Shown here piece after piece: positions 26,831-43,022 of a DNA stretch of 64,000 bases. A model generated the notes under the pieces. It was not told the origin of the DNA. It saw only the letters and a program-made list of their open reading frames with translations, and did not search any database. Position 1 is the stretch's first letter, and each line of letters begins with the position of its first letter. The stretch is from Eledone cirrhosa (lineage: Eukaryota), in NCBI GenBank assembly GCA_964016885.1, contig OZ024741.1, positions 134,602,001 through 134,666,000 on the forward strand. The letters are read 5' to 3'. The translations under genes were made by a program, and so were the position numbers.

Positions 26831-27393
26831 TATATATACACGTTTGTGTGAGGTAGCTGTATATATATATATACATACATACACATGTTACTTCACACAC
26901 ACATGTATGTATATATATATATGTATATATGTTTGTATGTATATATGTCTATATACATGTGTGTATTAAAAGATTAATCCTATTTGATGTGACTATTCAC
27001 AATATTTACTTCTGTCAAATCTAAAGAAATACAGGAAGATTTTAAAAAGAAATAATTCTTACTCAAGAAATCATCTGTCTGTAATTGACAGTAAAGATGG
27101 TGAATTGGCAGAGTCATTAGAATGTTGGATAGAATACTTTGTGGTATTAAACTCAGATCACAACGAGTTGGAATAAATTCTGACTCTTTGTGCTCTGAGT
27201 TTAAGTTTGGCTGAGGTGAACTTTACCTTTCATCCTTTTGAGGTCGATAAAAAAAAGTACCAGTCCAATACTGGGGCCTAATTCTCCCTCTATATCTCTT
27301 TCTCACTTTCTCTCTAATCCTCTCTTTCTATCCTTCTCTGGAAGAAATTGGCTGTGATCAGATCTGGTTAGGGGATGGGTTCTGCCTGGTTTG

Positions 27394-27424
<31 letters not shown>

Positions 27425-27929
27425 CGAGACACACTGTATGTCGCTACAGCACCCATACAACTCCACAAAGAGTTACAGGTTCATACATATATAGAATTGA
27501 CAGAAAATTAATTAAACTTCCACTGTTTGTTGATCAAATCAAGAATATCAATTATCAAAATGTTTTTCTCACCCCCTCCACTTTCCTTCATTTTATTGTA
27601 AAAGCACCCCCTTCTTTTACTAATAATTTCCAGGTTGACATCATCATTGTTATTGTTGTTGTTATGTTATCATGTGGCAAATTAATAACAAACAATACTG
27701 TTGTGCCTGGGGAAAAAAGATAAAACTTAGTATTTATTGACATAAATCTATTTGATGACCAAGGATCTTTTTTGTTTGATTTGATTATCATAAATTGTCA
27801 AAAAAAAAGAAGAAAAAAAAAGGCAAAATACCAAGAAAAACATTTTTATTAAAAGTGAATAAATATCTTGAAATATCTATTAAAAAAAACTATCAAAAGT
27901 TGTTTTGTTTTATCGTTGTCATTTACTAA

Positions 27930-29470
27930 AAATGAAGTACCAATCATGTACTGAGTCGATATAATTGATTTTCTCCTTCCCCCAAATGCTGGCCTTGTGC
28001 CAAAATTAAGAACCATGGTGGATTGGCAGTATCGGTAGAGGGTCGGACACCATGCTTTGCAACATAGTTATGGCTCTTTACGGTCTGAGTTCAAAACCCG
28101 CTGAGGTTAACTTTGCCTTTCATCCTTATGGGGTCAATAAAATAAAGCACCAGTAATACACTGGGGTAATTGCTGGCCTTGTGTCAAAAGTAGAAACATT
28201 TATTTACTAAAAATAAAGCACCAGTAACGTACTGGGGCTGATTTAATCGACTTTCCTCTCCCACCAAATTACAGACCTTGTGCCTATACTAGAAATCATT
28301 ATTGTTGAGGGTAGTGAATTGGCAAAATTGTTTGTGTCAGGTAAAATGATTTGTGGCGTTTAGTTAAAACTTTCTGTGTTCTGAGTTTAAATGCTGCTGA
28401 ATTTCACTCTGCATTTCATCCTACTGGGGTTGATGAAATAAAGTACCTGTTAAGTTTTGGGGTAGATTTAATCGATTTCCCTTCTAAAAAATTACTGGTC
28501 TTTTGCCAAAATTAGATCATTAAAATAATTATCTATTTGACTTTTCCCTACCCCCAAATTACTGATGTCACAAACTTATAAACTATTATGGATTAGTAGT
28601 ACGTTCTGAGTTCTAATCCTGCTGAGATTAGCTTTGCCTTTCACCCTTAAAATAAAGTACTAGTCATGCACTGACGGTCGATTTAATCAGGTTTCTCCTC
28701 CCCCCAAATTGTTGGCCTTGTGCTTAAATCAGAAACCATTATTATTGTTAGGGTAGCGAATTGGCAGTATCGGTGGAATATCGGATATGATTTATGGCAT
28801 AGAATTACGGATCTTTACGATCTGAGTTCAAATCTTGCCGAGGTTAAATAATAATAATGAAATTATTGTGTACAGTGCTTGACTGCACTATAACTCATCA
28901 AAGGTGCATAGAACAATGTACAAATGTCAGGAAATTGAACAGTGTATGAGTTCTGATATACACAGTGACATGCATGTATGGTGGTGGTGGTGGGGTATTG
29001 GGAAGTGTTGACGGATGCAGTGTCCCGACAGCTAACAACTGATGCAGGTAGTTTGTTCCATGCTTCAGCAACTTTGAGCGTTTTCCTTTCATCCTCACGG
29101 AGTTCATAAAATAAAGTACCAGTAATTCACTGGGAGTCAATTTTAATGGACTTTCTCCTTCCCAAAAATGATTGGCCTTGTGCCTAAATCAGAAACGATT
29201 ATTATTGTTAGGGTGGTGGATTGGCAGTATCGGTCAGACATGCTTTGCAACATATAGTTACCTCCCTTTACGTTCTGAGTTTAAATATTGCCGAGGTTAG
29301 CTTTGCCTTTCATCCTTCCAGGGTTCATAAATTAAAGTAAGAGTATTGGGGGTAGATTTAATCGCCTCCCCTTAAAATTGTTGGCCTTCTGCCAAAATTA
29401 GAGGTCTTTATTATTTATTTATTTGATTTTCTCCTACTCCATATTGTTGACCTTGTCACAAAATTATAAA
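27930..29470 (+). mobile_element. Head-to-tail array of ~8-10 tRNA-derived SINE copies and fragments
   Basis: Repeated TTGGCAG...GAGTT...GCCTTTCATCCT...AAAGTACCAG...GGCCTTGTGCC modules. Confidence 0.85.
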
Positions 29471-30016
29471 CTATTATTATTGTTGTTGTACTTGAATCAG
29501 ACTGCTATCTTGCCCAAAGTGTATATGGTGGGGAGTTTTGTTCACCCAGTTGCTCAACATCAACAAAATAATTTGAAGCCAGATGAGTCTCTAAACTTGA
29601 GTAAAACTACGTAAAACTAGAAATGGCGAAGAGGTATAATAGATCTATAGTAACATAGACATGGGATATAGGCTATTTAATGAGCTGTGTATAACCCCAA
29701 TAGAGGTTATAAGTTTTTAAAGTAAATAATCCCTTGTAATGTCAATTCAATCAAGTTCCCATAACTGGTGCAACCAGTCTAGACGTTTCACTGGCATGAA
29801 TGGGTGACTGCTTGTCTTCCACAAAATACCTTGCCTGGAGAAGAACTTTTAGATAAGTAGAGTTAAGTGTATAAATTAAAATGGACCACAAATTACGGCA
29901 GACCTGTGATACTTGACATAGATATTTGAAATTAATATATAATAAAAATTATTCAAAGAAAAACAAAACAAATCATAAATGGTGTCTATGAATCAGGTTT
30001 ATTCATGATATAACAT

Positions 30017-31336
<1,320 letters not shown>

Positions 31337-31743
31337 TTACATCTTAGTGAATTTTCGAATATTTACATGTAATATTTTAAAATGTTTATATCTGCATCAC
31401 CAGAATCTCTGCTTTCACCCATTCCATTAAATCTTCAGAAACTGAGATATTCTAATGTGAGGTTATAGTGTAATAGTTGACTATTTTCATTGGCAAGATG
31501 AGTAAAGTTCAATGCACATTTTAATTCTTCGTTCTTCAGGTGCGAGCAGTTCAGTTATAATTCCAAGTTCACAAGGATTAGAATAATTAGTATAATATCT
31601 GTTTTTTCTCCACAATTGATGAAATATAGCCGTGTTGAAACTACTGTAGATGTATAAATAAATACTACTACTACTAATCCTTGGTCTTATTGAATTTTGA
31701 ATTTTATATATATAAAATTCAAAATTCAATAAAACCAAGGATT

Positions 31744-31823
<80 letters not shown>

Positions 31824-32089
31824 ATGTAGTGTTTGTGTGTATATGTATATACATATATATATAATGTGCGTGCATGTATATAATAACATGCTTGATTTAT
31901 TGATTTATGATTATAAAAAATACCTATCTGAGAGAGAGGACATCTTGAAACTAGTCTTTAAAAAACGATTAAGATTGGAGGTACAATTTATTGTCAAAAA
32001 TTTACGAACTATAAATAAGATCTTTCAGTGTATAGAGGCTATGAAATTATTCAACAACAGACGTTTTTAGCTGCTTTATAGCTATTCAT

Positions 32090-33092
32090 GTTTTTCACTT
32101 TTTGTGAAACTTGAAAAATTTAATTAGGGATTCGCCGAAGAGGAAAGTGTCTGTCTTTAACCCTTTCAACCTTGTCCACCACACAATCTCTTTCACCCTG
32201 GCCACCAGGCAGATGAAAACCACCTGCCCTTCCTCCTCGAAGGAAGACGGCGAGACCATCTGCACAATGGACTCCGTCGATAACTGGATCAGTCCTACAC
32301 GCGACAGCAACTGTTCGACATAGCTCTACAAGTCAGCAATGCTTGGGCACTGAACGAGTGCGTGCACGACGGTTTCGTCGCTCTGCGCACATCTCGGACA
32401 GGCTCGGCTGACGGCACTTCCGTGCCTGTAGAACTTATCTCGAACCGGCAACGCTCCCCGGTAGCACAGCCAGGACAGGGATTTTGGGAAGTTATCCATA
32501 GGCCCTGGGTTGAAAGTTCTCTGGAAGAGAGCAAACAGCTGATCTTCTTTGACGCCCAGGATCTCTCCGAGAACGTTGTCGCTCTTCCCCTCCACTAGTC
32601 CTCTATAGAACACCGAGGTGGATGTTCCACTGATACTGGAGCCCAGCTGGCAGAGGGTAGTGAGCGCCTGGAGACATTCCAGTTTCCAAGCGCTATCCCT
32701 CGGTCTTTTTCTGACCCAGGACTGCAGCTCCATCAAGGAGACGAGCTGTGGGAAAACGTGCCTGGTGAACGGCGACCACACCTGTTCACCGTCAAGGAAG
32801 CACCAGAGATGTCGCAGCCTCAGCGCATCATCAGCCATGGCATGCCCAGTCCTCCACGCAACGGGCGTTGACAGCAGATGGATCGTCTGACCATGGAAGC
32901 GCGTCCCTTCCACAAAAAGCGGAAGAGGAGGCGCTCCATTTTGGTGAGAGTTGGGTCAGGGCAGGGGACGACGGTGAGGCAGTAGCAGATGACGGATGCG
33001 ATGTACGCATTCGCCACCTCCGCCCGGCCTTTCAGGGACTTTTTCCTCTCGGCCCATTTCTGGGTGAGGGAGGCCACCTTGCTCGTCACCTC
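32090..33092 (-). mobile_element. L1/Tx1-like LINE 3' fragment (same family as 8475-9512)
   Basis: SLTQKWAERK.SLKGRAEVANAYI; GGLGMP; CPRC...ETVVHALVQC zinc knuckle. Confidence 0.85.
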
Positions 33093-35779
33093 CCTTCTAT
33101 AGTCACTCTCTCTTTTTCTTTTTCCCTTCTCTCTTACTCTGTACTTTCTACTTCCCTCTCATTCTCAAATCCTTCTTTCTCTTTATGCCCTCCCCTCCGC
33201 CGTTTTCTCTCTGTCTCTTCTTCTTTCCCTCTCTCTGTCTTACCTCCTATTCACTCAATATCCTCCTCTCTCTATGTGTCTATCTGTCTCTCTGCAGCTC
33301 CTCTTTATTCCTCTGCCTTTCTCTCCCTATCACACCCTCTCTCTGTGTCTGCACATCTGACCCACTCTTACCACTACACTATCTCCTTTTTCTCTCTCTC
33401 ACCGACCAAACATAAACATTCTCAGCTCACCTCTTCTCCGTTCTCTCGTCTTGAATAAACCTGCGGGGGTGGAGGTGTGTACAAAATCAGATCAATTTTA
33501 CAGTGAAGGGGAAGTAAATCTGTAAACACACAGAACGACACCAAGTCCTCACATAGGCCCGCTACCAGATAAAAATAAAACTCGAACAAAATAAATAAAT
33601 TAATAAAACACGACAATAATAGAAATACAGAGGAGTTGCATATATATATATATCCATAGTTAATTTATTTGGCAATCAATGTTTATCATTGACTGACCAA
33701 CGGTTAGAAATACAGATGATGTTGCAGATGTGAAACGAAAGAATTTTGACTATATATATATATATATATATATTTATATCTGTATTTATATCTGTATATA
33801 TATATATATTTATATCTGTATATATATATATATATTTATATATATTTATATCTGTATTTTTTACCGTTGGTCAGTTAATGGTAAACATTGATTGCCAAAT
33901 AAATTAACTATGGAGATATAAAGGATGCAGTAATGAAAACCAACCAAACAGTGAGTGTGTTCTGTTATTATTTCTGTCAATATCATTACAATATATATAT
34001 ATATATATTTCGTTTCTGAATTTGTTTAGCAAGATTCTTTATCTGAAAACGTGTGTTGAAACCGATATTGTTATATTTTTGCAAATACGACGATAATTTA
34101 TATACACAAATACATACATTCATATCTGGAACAAAGTAAATACATGTGTGTGTATATATACAAATATACCCGTAAACATGTGTACATATATATATGTATA
34201 TAGATTATTGTCTTATTTACAAAAACATTTTTCTTATATCGTGTTTAATATTTCATATTGTGTCGTCTGGTTTTCTTCCATTTAATAACGACTTAACTCT
34301 CAACTCACTCCCCTTTATTTATTTACTGTCTCATTCTCTCTCTCTTTGCCAGCCCTTTCTCTCTCCCTTTCTCTTTTCCTTCCTTCTTTGTCTCTTTCAC
34401 TCTGTCGCTGTTTCCGTGCTATAGTCACTCTCTCTCTTTCTTTTTGTTTTGTTCTGCGGTGTGCAAAATCTGATCAATTTTACAGTGTAGGGGAAGTAAA
34501 TCTGTAAACATACTGAAGGAGACCAAGTCCAAACTTGGGCGCTGTACCAGGTAAAAATATCTCTAACAAAATAAATAAATTAATTGTTTCTACTTTAGGC
34601 ACAAGGCCAGCAAATTACCCAGTGCATTACTGGTACTTTATTACAAAATAAATAAATTAATAAAACCTGACAATAAAATAATAATGCATTCGCCATAACT
34701 ACATTAACAACATATTAATAAACATATTAATAAAACATTGATAATGAAAACTAACGAAGTAAAGGTAAAATGTAAACCTAAACTTAGTGAAATTCTGATA
34801 AGACTATTCGTGTTGCCTTGGCAGACGATCGTTATAAGTTTGTGTGTGTATGTGTTTGTGCATGCATTTGTGAGTGTACGTACGTATGTTTGCGTGTGTG
34901 TGTATCTATATTTATGTATATATGTGACTCGAATTCTCTTTGTGGTCGCCCGGTGTTAGAAAGAGCAGCCACGTCTTACTGAGAAGATCTTTGAATTGTT
35001 CGCCAAACGAAATGACTGAAATTAACGTATATACGGCTGAGTATTCCATAGACATATGAACGCAACGCAGTTTTGGAGCCGAATTAGTAGACTGACGACA
35101 GACGATAATTGCTTAATAAATTTATTTTTTTCTCCTTTAAATTGTTTTTATAATATACGTACGTATATTATATATGTCTGAGTTCAAATCGCGCCAAGGT
35201 TAACTTTGCTTTTTCTCCTTACGGGGTCGATAATATAATGGACCAATAATGCACAGGGATAATTGTTGGCCTTGTGCCAAAAGTAGAAACAATTATTATA
35301 TACATACGTATGTGTAAATGTCTGTGTGTATGTATGAATATGTAAATATAAACGCACAAACACCGATGAACTCAGACAAATACACACGCATACAGACACA
35401 GACATACACTCACATAAATGCATACACACATATACATTCACACAAACGCAAACGTACTCTCACGCAAACACATACATACACATACTTTGAAGGAAACATG
35501 CACAAACACATACATACATTCACACAAACACACGCATACATTCACACAGAGAGTAGCAAAGTTGGGAACTCTCTTCGCTGTTTCTACTGCAGTTTTTTCA
35601 TCATCCCCATCCTTCCTTTTAACCCATTCATCTCAAAAGAACTGAAGCACGGATGGACACTAAACGGCAATTATCATATAAGATAGAAATGACTTCTTGA
35701 CTTCTACATGACCAGAACTGTTTCGTTCGTAGATTCCATACGAATGAAACAGTTATAGTCTTGTAGAGGTATATATATA

Positions 35780-35841
<62 letters not shown>

Positions 35842-36261
35842 CATTTAATGTCCATTTTCCCAGCATTCATGGGTTAGCTGGGTTGTCAATATAAGACGTC
35901 AGGTTAGGTGACCCTGTATTTTGGCTTAGTTTCTATGATTGGATGCCCTTCATAACACCAACCATGTGACAGGGTGTACTTTTTTGTCGTGTTACTAGCA
36001 TGACTACCTTGCAGGGTGGACTGAGTGCTATTTTCTCGTGTCACCAGCGCGCGCACACACACACACACACAAATATATATAATAAGAAAAAACAATGACG
36101 TTTCATTTACATGTTTATGTTTTTATTGAGCATTGACCTGTTTCACAGCTGATTGACTCAAGGTCACCTATGGAAGTTATGGACCTGACACCAGCATCAA
36201 TTATTCAATATGTTTCTACTCACACATACACACACACACATACATACAATGTGTGATATTA

Positions 36262-36666
<405 letters not shown>

Positions 36667-37029
36667 TCACATGTAAATAGATTTATTGAAGAGAGTAGCG
36701 GGTTTATTGTAAGCTTGAGGTCCCACCCAACCCAACTAAATTTCAATAAAATATGAACATAAAATTATTTTAATGAAACAGCAGATATATATTTAGTGAA
36801 AGAACAGATTTATATTTAGCCACCCACCAGCTAGTTTTAGATTCAATCTTCATTATAGTTTGAAAGTCACACCAATTAATGGTTTCTAATTTAGGTAGAA
36901 GGAGTGGATATTCAATTATATCAAATCCAACACTTAACTGACACTTTATTTTATCGACCGCAGAAGGATGAAAGACACAGTTGACCTCGTCTGGATTTGA
37001 ACTCAAAGTGCAGAGTACTGGAATGAATG

Positions 37030-37337
37030 CTGTCCACCTCCAACTTAGTCATTTCGGCCACAAACGCCGGCATCACAGCCTGCCTCGCAGTAGACATAAA
37101 ATAAACAAATACCGGGGTTTGTCCAGCCGCTTCCTTTTTGCACTGGTCGGCGTCAAGACGTCAGGCGTACCCCATACTACCGAGCTCCTCTGCAAGATTG
37201 GAGCATCAGCGGCCCATCTGAGGAAGGAGCCCCACGAGGTTGGGTGGCTGTTGCAGCGGGTGTCACTGGCCATCATCTGGGGGAATGCTTTTGTCGTCTT
37301 GTCAGCAGAGCGCAGCACTTCTGCCCTCTTGCCCTAG
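37030..37337 (+). mobile_element. Non-LTR retrotransposon C-terminal restriction-like endonuclease fragment (CRE-like)
   Basis: GVKTSG...EPHEVGWLLQRVSLAIIWGNAFVVL resembles the WL.QR.S.A..RGNA..L end of CRE-clade elements. Confidence 0.6.
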
Positions 37338-37919
37338 GCCTAAAGCGCAATCACCCTCCCCCTTCACCCCTCCAGTAATGAACTGGGATAATTGCTGGCC
37401 TTGTGCCAAAAGTAGAAACAATTAATAAAAGATTATTATGAAAAAAAAAAATTAATAAAGATTAACAAAAAACAAACCAAAAAAGGAGCTTCTGAAATGA
37501 ATCAACCCCTAGAAATATATTGATTTCTAATTAAGGCACAAGGCCATCAAATTTGCGGGGGGGTGGGGGGTGGGTAAAGTTAAGTAAATCAACCTCAGTA
37601 CTTGACTGGTACTTTATTTTATTGACCTTGAGAAGGATGAAAGGTAAAGTTGACCATACAGGATTTGAGTGCAGAATTTAAGGAGCCAGAACAAATACCA
37701 CAATAACATTTTACCCAATGCTCAACCAATTCTGCCAATTAACTACTTTTGATCTACTAGAAATATTAATCAGATCTTTCTCATATCACATCTTACAAAG
37801 GAGAACATATTAATTAATTTTGTCACTGATATAAGACACCATTGGATGCCTGCCACTTAATAAACCTACAGCTATGCTCATGACCATATACCTCTTAACT
37901 AATACTCCACAGTGATGCA

Positions 37920-38160
37920 GTGGGATGTAGGGTATATAATGAACTCTCTAGAGGAATATGGGGTAAATACTGAACCCTCTAGGGGAACATAGGTCACATA
38001 ATACTCTCTCTAAGGGAAGATAGGCCACATAATACTCCCTCTAGGGTACATGGGCCACATAATAATCCCCCTGGAGGAACACAGGGTATATAATAAACCC
38101 TTTTGGGGAAAGTAGGATACATAATGGATCCTCATGGAAACATATGGTACATAATGTACC
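37920..38160. repeat. Degenerate ~32-33 bp minisatellite
   Basis: Recurring GG..ACATAAT..CCCTCTAG.GGAA. Confidence 0.65.
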
Positions 38161-38596
38161 TGCTAGAGCCATGCTGGTTGATTTAGACCACTCTGTTAAA
38201 TCATGATGAGCATTCTATGTTTCATGGTTACACCAGGGTATGTAGATTACTTACCAAATGCTCTATAGCCATGTCAGAGAGCACAAGATACCTATGTAAC
38301 ACTCTACATCCATGTACGGCAGAAGTAGGCTAACTACTAAACCTCCTGTTGCCATGGTAGGATACATAAGCCCTTAAATGATCTTCCTATGGTCACACAA
38401 AGGGACATATATTGTTTCAAACACATATATGTAAATGATTCTGTAACCCAGACAGATTTTCTTTGAGGATATCGTAGTCAGTGATCACCTACCACAAGAA
38501 CTACTGGTCACACTGCCGAATCTCACTGCAGCTACCCTTCCAAGGACACATTGAGTTCTAACAATGTTATCAACCCCACCGCAACCAGGTGGACTT

Positions 38597-38642
<46 letters not shown>

Positions 38643-39116
38643 ACACACACATATATATATATATATAAGACTGGGCAGTGTGTTGTGTCCTTGAGCATCA
38701 CTTCAGTCCACTCAGTTGGAAAAGTGAATTGCAATCAAGATGAAATAAAATATCTTGCTCAAGGACACAAACTGCTGCCAGGAATTGGACTCATGACTTT
38801 ACAATTGTTAGCCAAACACTCTAACCACAAAGCTACATGCCACTATAAAAACTAGACTACAGGAATGTGTAAATACTGAAAGGTTGACAGTGAGAGTATT
38901 GTACTCAAGAGAGATTGTACTTATTTGGAATATGAGAAGCTAAACATTTGTGTCTTGATTATTTAATTATTATATGTATGTCATCTTTCTATTGTAACTT
39001 CACAAAGTTATTGTAATATTGTAAACATGTTTTAATTTATCTGCCACAAGGACACTTTAGCTATTATAATAATTTCAACATTTATCCATCACAGGGACAC
39101 CTTAGCTATTATAATA

Positions 39117-39311
39117 CCATATATACTCGAATATAAACTGAGGAATATGAGACAAAAAAAAAATCGATGGTAGAAGTGAAGCTGTCTTATATTTGGGGTC
39201 AATATTTTGACGATTTTCACCAACTTCAAATTCTATGTAAATAAGGTTTGGATTTTTGCCCATTTCTCAGACATAAAATAGTGGCGTCAGCTTATATTTG
39301 AGTATATACTG
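39117..39311. mobile_element. Tc1/mariner-superfamily MITE
   Basis: TA|CCATATATACTCGAATATAA ... TTATATTTGAGTATATACTG|TA. Confidence 0.7.
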
Positions 39312-39942
39312 TAATTGTAACATTTATCTGCCACAAAGACACCTTATTTATTGTTTGTAATGTAATGATTTGAAAGCTTTTCTCCCATTAAAAAAACACA
39401 CATTATATCCCCTTTTTACACCCTGGTATAAACACCATATACCTACTATTACACCCAGATAAAAGCAGATTGCTTATTTTGAGGCAACTAGTGCGCATAT
39501 GTAGTACTATGGTAACTGATACCATGGTTACCAATCAACATATAATCCTTTCTCCACCCCACCCACCCTGCTCTTTGTATTACACAATGACAAATAGACA
39601 TTTGCACATACACAGAGATACAAATCTACACAAACACATATTTACATATATATCTATATATACATATATATATACATACATCTCTACACATACATATATA
39701 CATACATCTCTACACATTCACATACACATCTCTACATATACATATACACACACACATAGATACACCTCCACACATGTACATATATAGATACCTCTACACA
39801 TACATTTCTATATGATATATATCTATATATATATATATATATATACATATAAACACACATATACTGTATATACATAATTATGTGTATGTGTGGACATATA
39901 TGCACGCACACACATATACACATATATATATAAATATATATA

Positions 39943-41130
39943 TATGATATGTGTCAGAAAAGAAACAGGTTTGGGGTCACAAAAAACATATTTCAAATCC
40001 AAACTACAAATTACAAGTTTTCCCCTTCGAAATAGTCAGCCTCAAGTCTAAAACACTTTCCTATCCTTCTCCATCATGCCTCCATGCACTCCTGGGATTT
40101 TCCACAGCTCCATCATCACGGCCCTCTTGATGGCTTCCACATCCAGAAAATGGGGCCCCTTGATCTTGGGGAAAAAGAAAAATTACACAGAACCAGGTTG
40201 GGTGAGTAGGGAGATTGCATCAGCATGGTGATGTTCTTCTTAACCAGGAACTATCGGATGTTCAGGGTGTTGTGAACTGGCGCGTTGTCATAGTGAGACA
40301 ACAATGAGTTGTCCTGCCACAATTCATGCACTGAATGAAGCAAACGCTGCAGGATCTCTTTTTCGACATGCTGGTTGATTGCCAAGAACTTTATATGGAC
40401 AATGCCCCTCACATTGGAGAATGCAATCAACATGACTTTGACTTTGGACTTTGACTGTCTTGCTTTTTTGGCCTCGGTGACTCTGGACTCCTCCCCTGAT
40501 GGCTCTGGTGCTTGGTCTCTGGGTCGTACTCAAAAATACATGATCATCACCCGTAATGACTCTCTCCAGCAAGTCTGGTTTCCTTTCAAGGTGCTCGGGG
40601 ATGTCCTGACACACTTGCATGCAGTGCTCCTTCTGGTCTTTATTTAGCAGCTTTGGCACCATCTTCGTGCAGATCTTCTGCATGCCCAAATCTTCGGTAA
40701 TAATCTTCCAAATGCTGTCACGGTTCATGCCCAGCTCATGTGTGATCAGTTGAACAGTCAGCTGAAGATCACTATGCACCACCTGCCTCAGTCCTGCTTG
40801 TTGAAGGCCTTCCACTCCTGGGGTTGTCTTTCACATCCCTGCATCCCTCTTTGAACCTTTTGTGCCACTTGAAAAGCCGTGAGCATGACATCATCTCATC
40901 TTCATACAGATGAATGCTTCTGGTGGAGTTTTTCCCCAGCCGGATCAGAAACATGATGGCCTAAAATTGAGAAGCTGTTAACAAAAGTATGTGAAAAAAC
41001 AAACAATGGCTGCAGAGAGCTGAGATCGCAGTTATATACTTCCATGGTATCAGGTCACATGGTGATGCAACCTATCACAGTCATAGCTCACGCAGCACAC
41101 TAAGCCCTGTTATTTTTGTGACATACCTCA
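39943..41130 (-). mobile_element. Mariner (DD34D) remnant in tubulin intron 1
   Basis: TIRs GTGTCAGAAAAGAAACAGG / CCTGTTATTTTTGTGACA; MVPKLL, VITGDD, HYDNAPVH and PYSPNL motifs. Confidence 0.85.
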
Positions 41131-41139
41131 TATATATAT

Positions 41140-41693
41140 ATATCATCATCATCGTCATCGTCTTACGTCCGCTTTTCCCTGCTTGCAAGGGTGGGACGGG
41201 TCCTATTAAGCACAGCATCTCTCCATTCATCATGGTCCTTTGTCATCTCCTCCGTGAGCTTCAGCGATCTGAGGTCTGCTCTCAACACCTCCGCCCATGT
41301 TTTTTGTGGTCTTCCTTGACTGCATCTTCCTTCTACTGGGATTTCTTGGCACTTCTTTACCCAGTGGTCATCCTCCATGCGCATCACATGTCCATACCAA
41401 TGCAGTCTTCTCTCCCACACACTACAGCCTATCCCTCTTATACAGTTTTTCTCTCAACTTGTCTATGCTTGGTCGTTGACATTGCACATCCAACAGAGCA
41501 TACTTGCTTCATTTCTCTCTAGCCATCGCATATCCTCCACAGTTATATATATACATATACATATATATATATATATATATATAATATATAAGAACAAAAG
41601 ATGGGTAGAGTGCTTCTTATCCGATATCTGCATTGCTTTATTGTACTACAATAAAACTCACCTCCTACATATATATATATATATATATATATA

Positions 41694-41736
<43 letters not shown>

Positions 41737-42030
41737 ATATGTATTTGTATATATATATAATATATATATTTATATACAGGAGAGAAGACTGTATTTGTAG
41801 GACATGTGATGCACATGGATGGTGAAAAAGTTCCAGGAAACCCCAGTGGAAAGAAGCTGCAGCAGAGGTAGATCAAGAAAGACCTGGGCAGTTGTTGTGA
41901 AGCTGACCTCCTATCCCTGAGATTCACATAGGAGATGATGAAGGAATGAGGTGAATGGAGAAATGCTGTGCTGAGAAGGACCCGTTCAACCCATGCAAGC
42001 ATAGAAAAACGGACATAAAAACGATAATGA

Positions 42031-42035
<5 letters not shown>
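41140..42035. mobile_element. Two RTE 3' fragments in opposite orientation (41140-41540 on -, 41780-42030 on +)
   Basis: RRLHWYGHVMRM...GRPQKTW and a degenerate counterpart with GATGAT tails. Confidence 0.8.
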
Positions 42036-42095
<60 letters not shown>

Positions 42096-42134
42096 TTATT
42101 ACAACAGGTTTTGTTTCAATTTTACATATTAAAT

Positions 42135-42787
42135 TTCATAACTTTTTTGGTATCAAACTGCCTAAAACTCCTCTGCCCATGGTTCTATGATACAAAGCCA
42201 AGTATTTTAAAGTGTTTATATTTATCTAAAAACCTTCCTTCATGATTTTAATAACCTTTGTTAAGTTATGTTCCAAACACCAACTTAATAACGAGAAAGT
42301 TAGTTATATTACTAAATCCCTCCATATTCTTAATTTTCAAAATGATTTGAAAATCATAGGCTGTCTTTCATTAGAAATATGGTAATGAAAGGGTTAAAAT
42401 TATTATATTTATCTAAAAACCTTCGATCATAATTTTGGGTAAAAACTTTTAAGATATGCTTTAATTATCAGCTTACTAATGAGAAAGTTAGTTTTATTAC
42501 TAAATCGCTCCAAATTCTTGATTATTTTCAAAATGATTTGAAAACCACAGGCAGTGCTTTTCATTAAAGATATGGAAATGAAAGAGTTAACATGTTTATA
42601 TTTATCTAGAAACCTTCTATCATAATTTTATGTAAAAACTTTTAAGACATTATTATATGCTCTAAACTTAATAATGAGGAACTTAGTTATATTATTACTA
42701 AAGCCCTCCAAATTCTTGATTATTTTCAAAATGATTCGAAAACTACAAGCAGTGTCTTTCTTTGGAAATATGGTAAGAGAAGAATTA
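42135..42787. mobile_element. piggyBac-like MITE family copy with three ~195-bp units
   Basis: Same units as 15769-16212, each ending GAAAGGGTTAA or a variant. Confidence 0.55.
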
Positions 42788-42822
42788 AAACCCATAATAC
42801 TCTAGTGGTAAAATAGACTTAC

Positions 42823-42825
42823 CAT
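42823..42825 (-). CDS. TUBA: Alpha-tubulin exon 1 coding part (ATG only); spliced CDS 1356 nt, 451 aa
   Basis: Minus strand reads CAAAC-ATG|GTAAGT; an ATG-only first coding exon is typical of animal alpha-tubulins. Confidence 0.88.
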
Positions 42826-42884
42826 GTTTGTAATTTAATGGATCGTTGTATTTGTTTCTAGTTGGTTTCTTTGAAAAACTTGAG

Positions 42885-43022
42885 AAGTTGTACACAGGTA
42901 AATGGATTAGTTGTATATACAAGTTAGTTGTACACGGTAAATGAACTAGTTGTACATACAGGTGAGATTGGCGGCTGCTCAATAGGACTTAATGTGATCC
43001 GGCGTGAGTCAGATATGGCAAC
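42885..43022 (-). promoter_or_regulatory. Alpha-tubulin proximal promoter / 5' UTR region
   Basis: Four AGTTGTA(C/T)A repeats; CCAAT on - (~42967-42971); TGAGTCA at 43005-43011 overlapping an X-box-like GTCAGATATGGCAAC at 43008-43022. Confidence 0.45.

Noticed and set aside
34008-34078. CTGAAAA...GAAAC motif (also at 49731) as a hammerhead
   Set aside because: 3-8 mismatch, no stem II and only a 3-bp stem I; treated as a dispersed repeat tail
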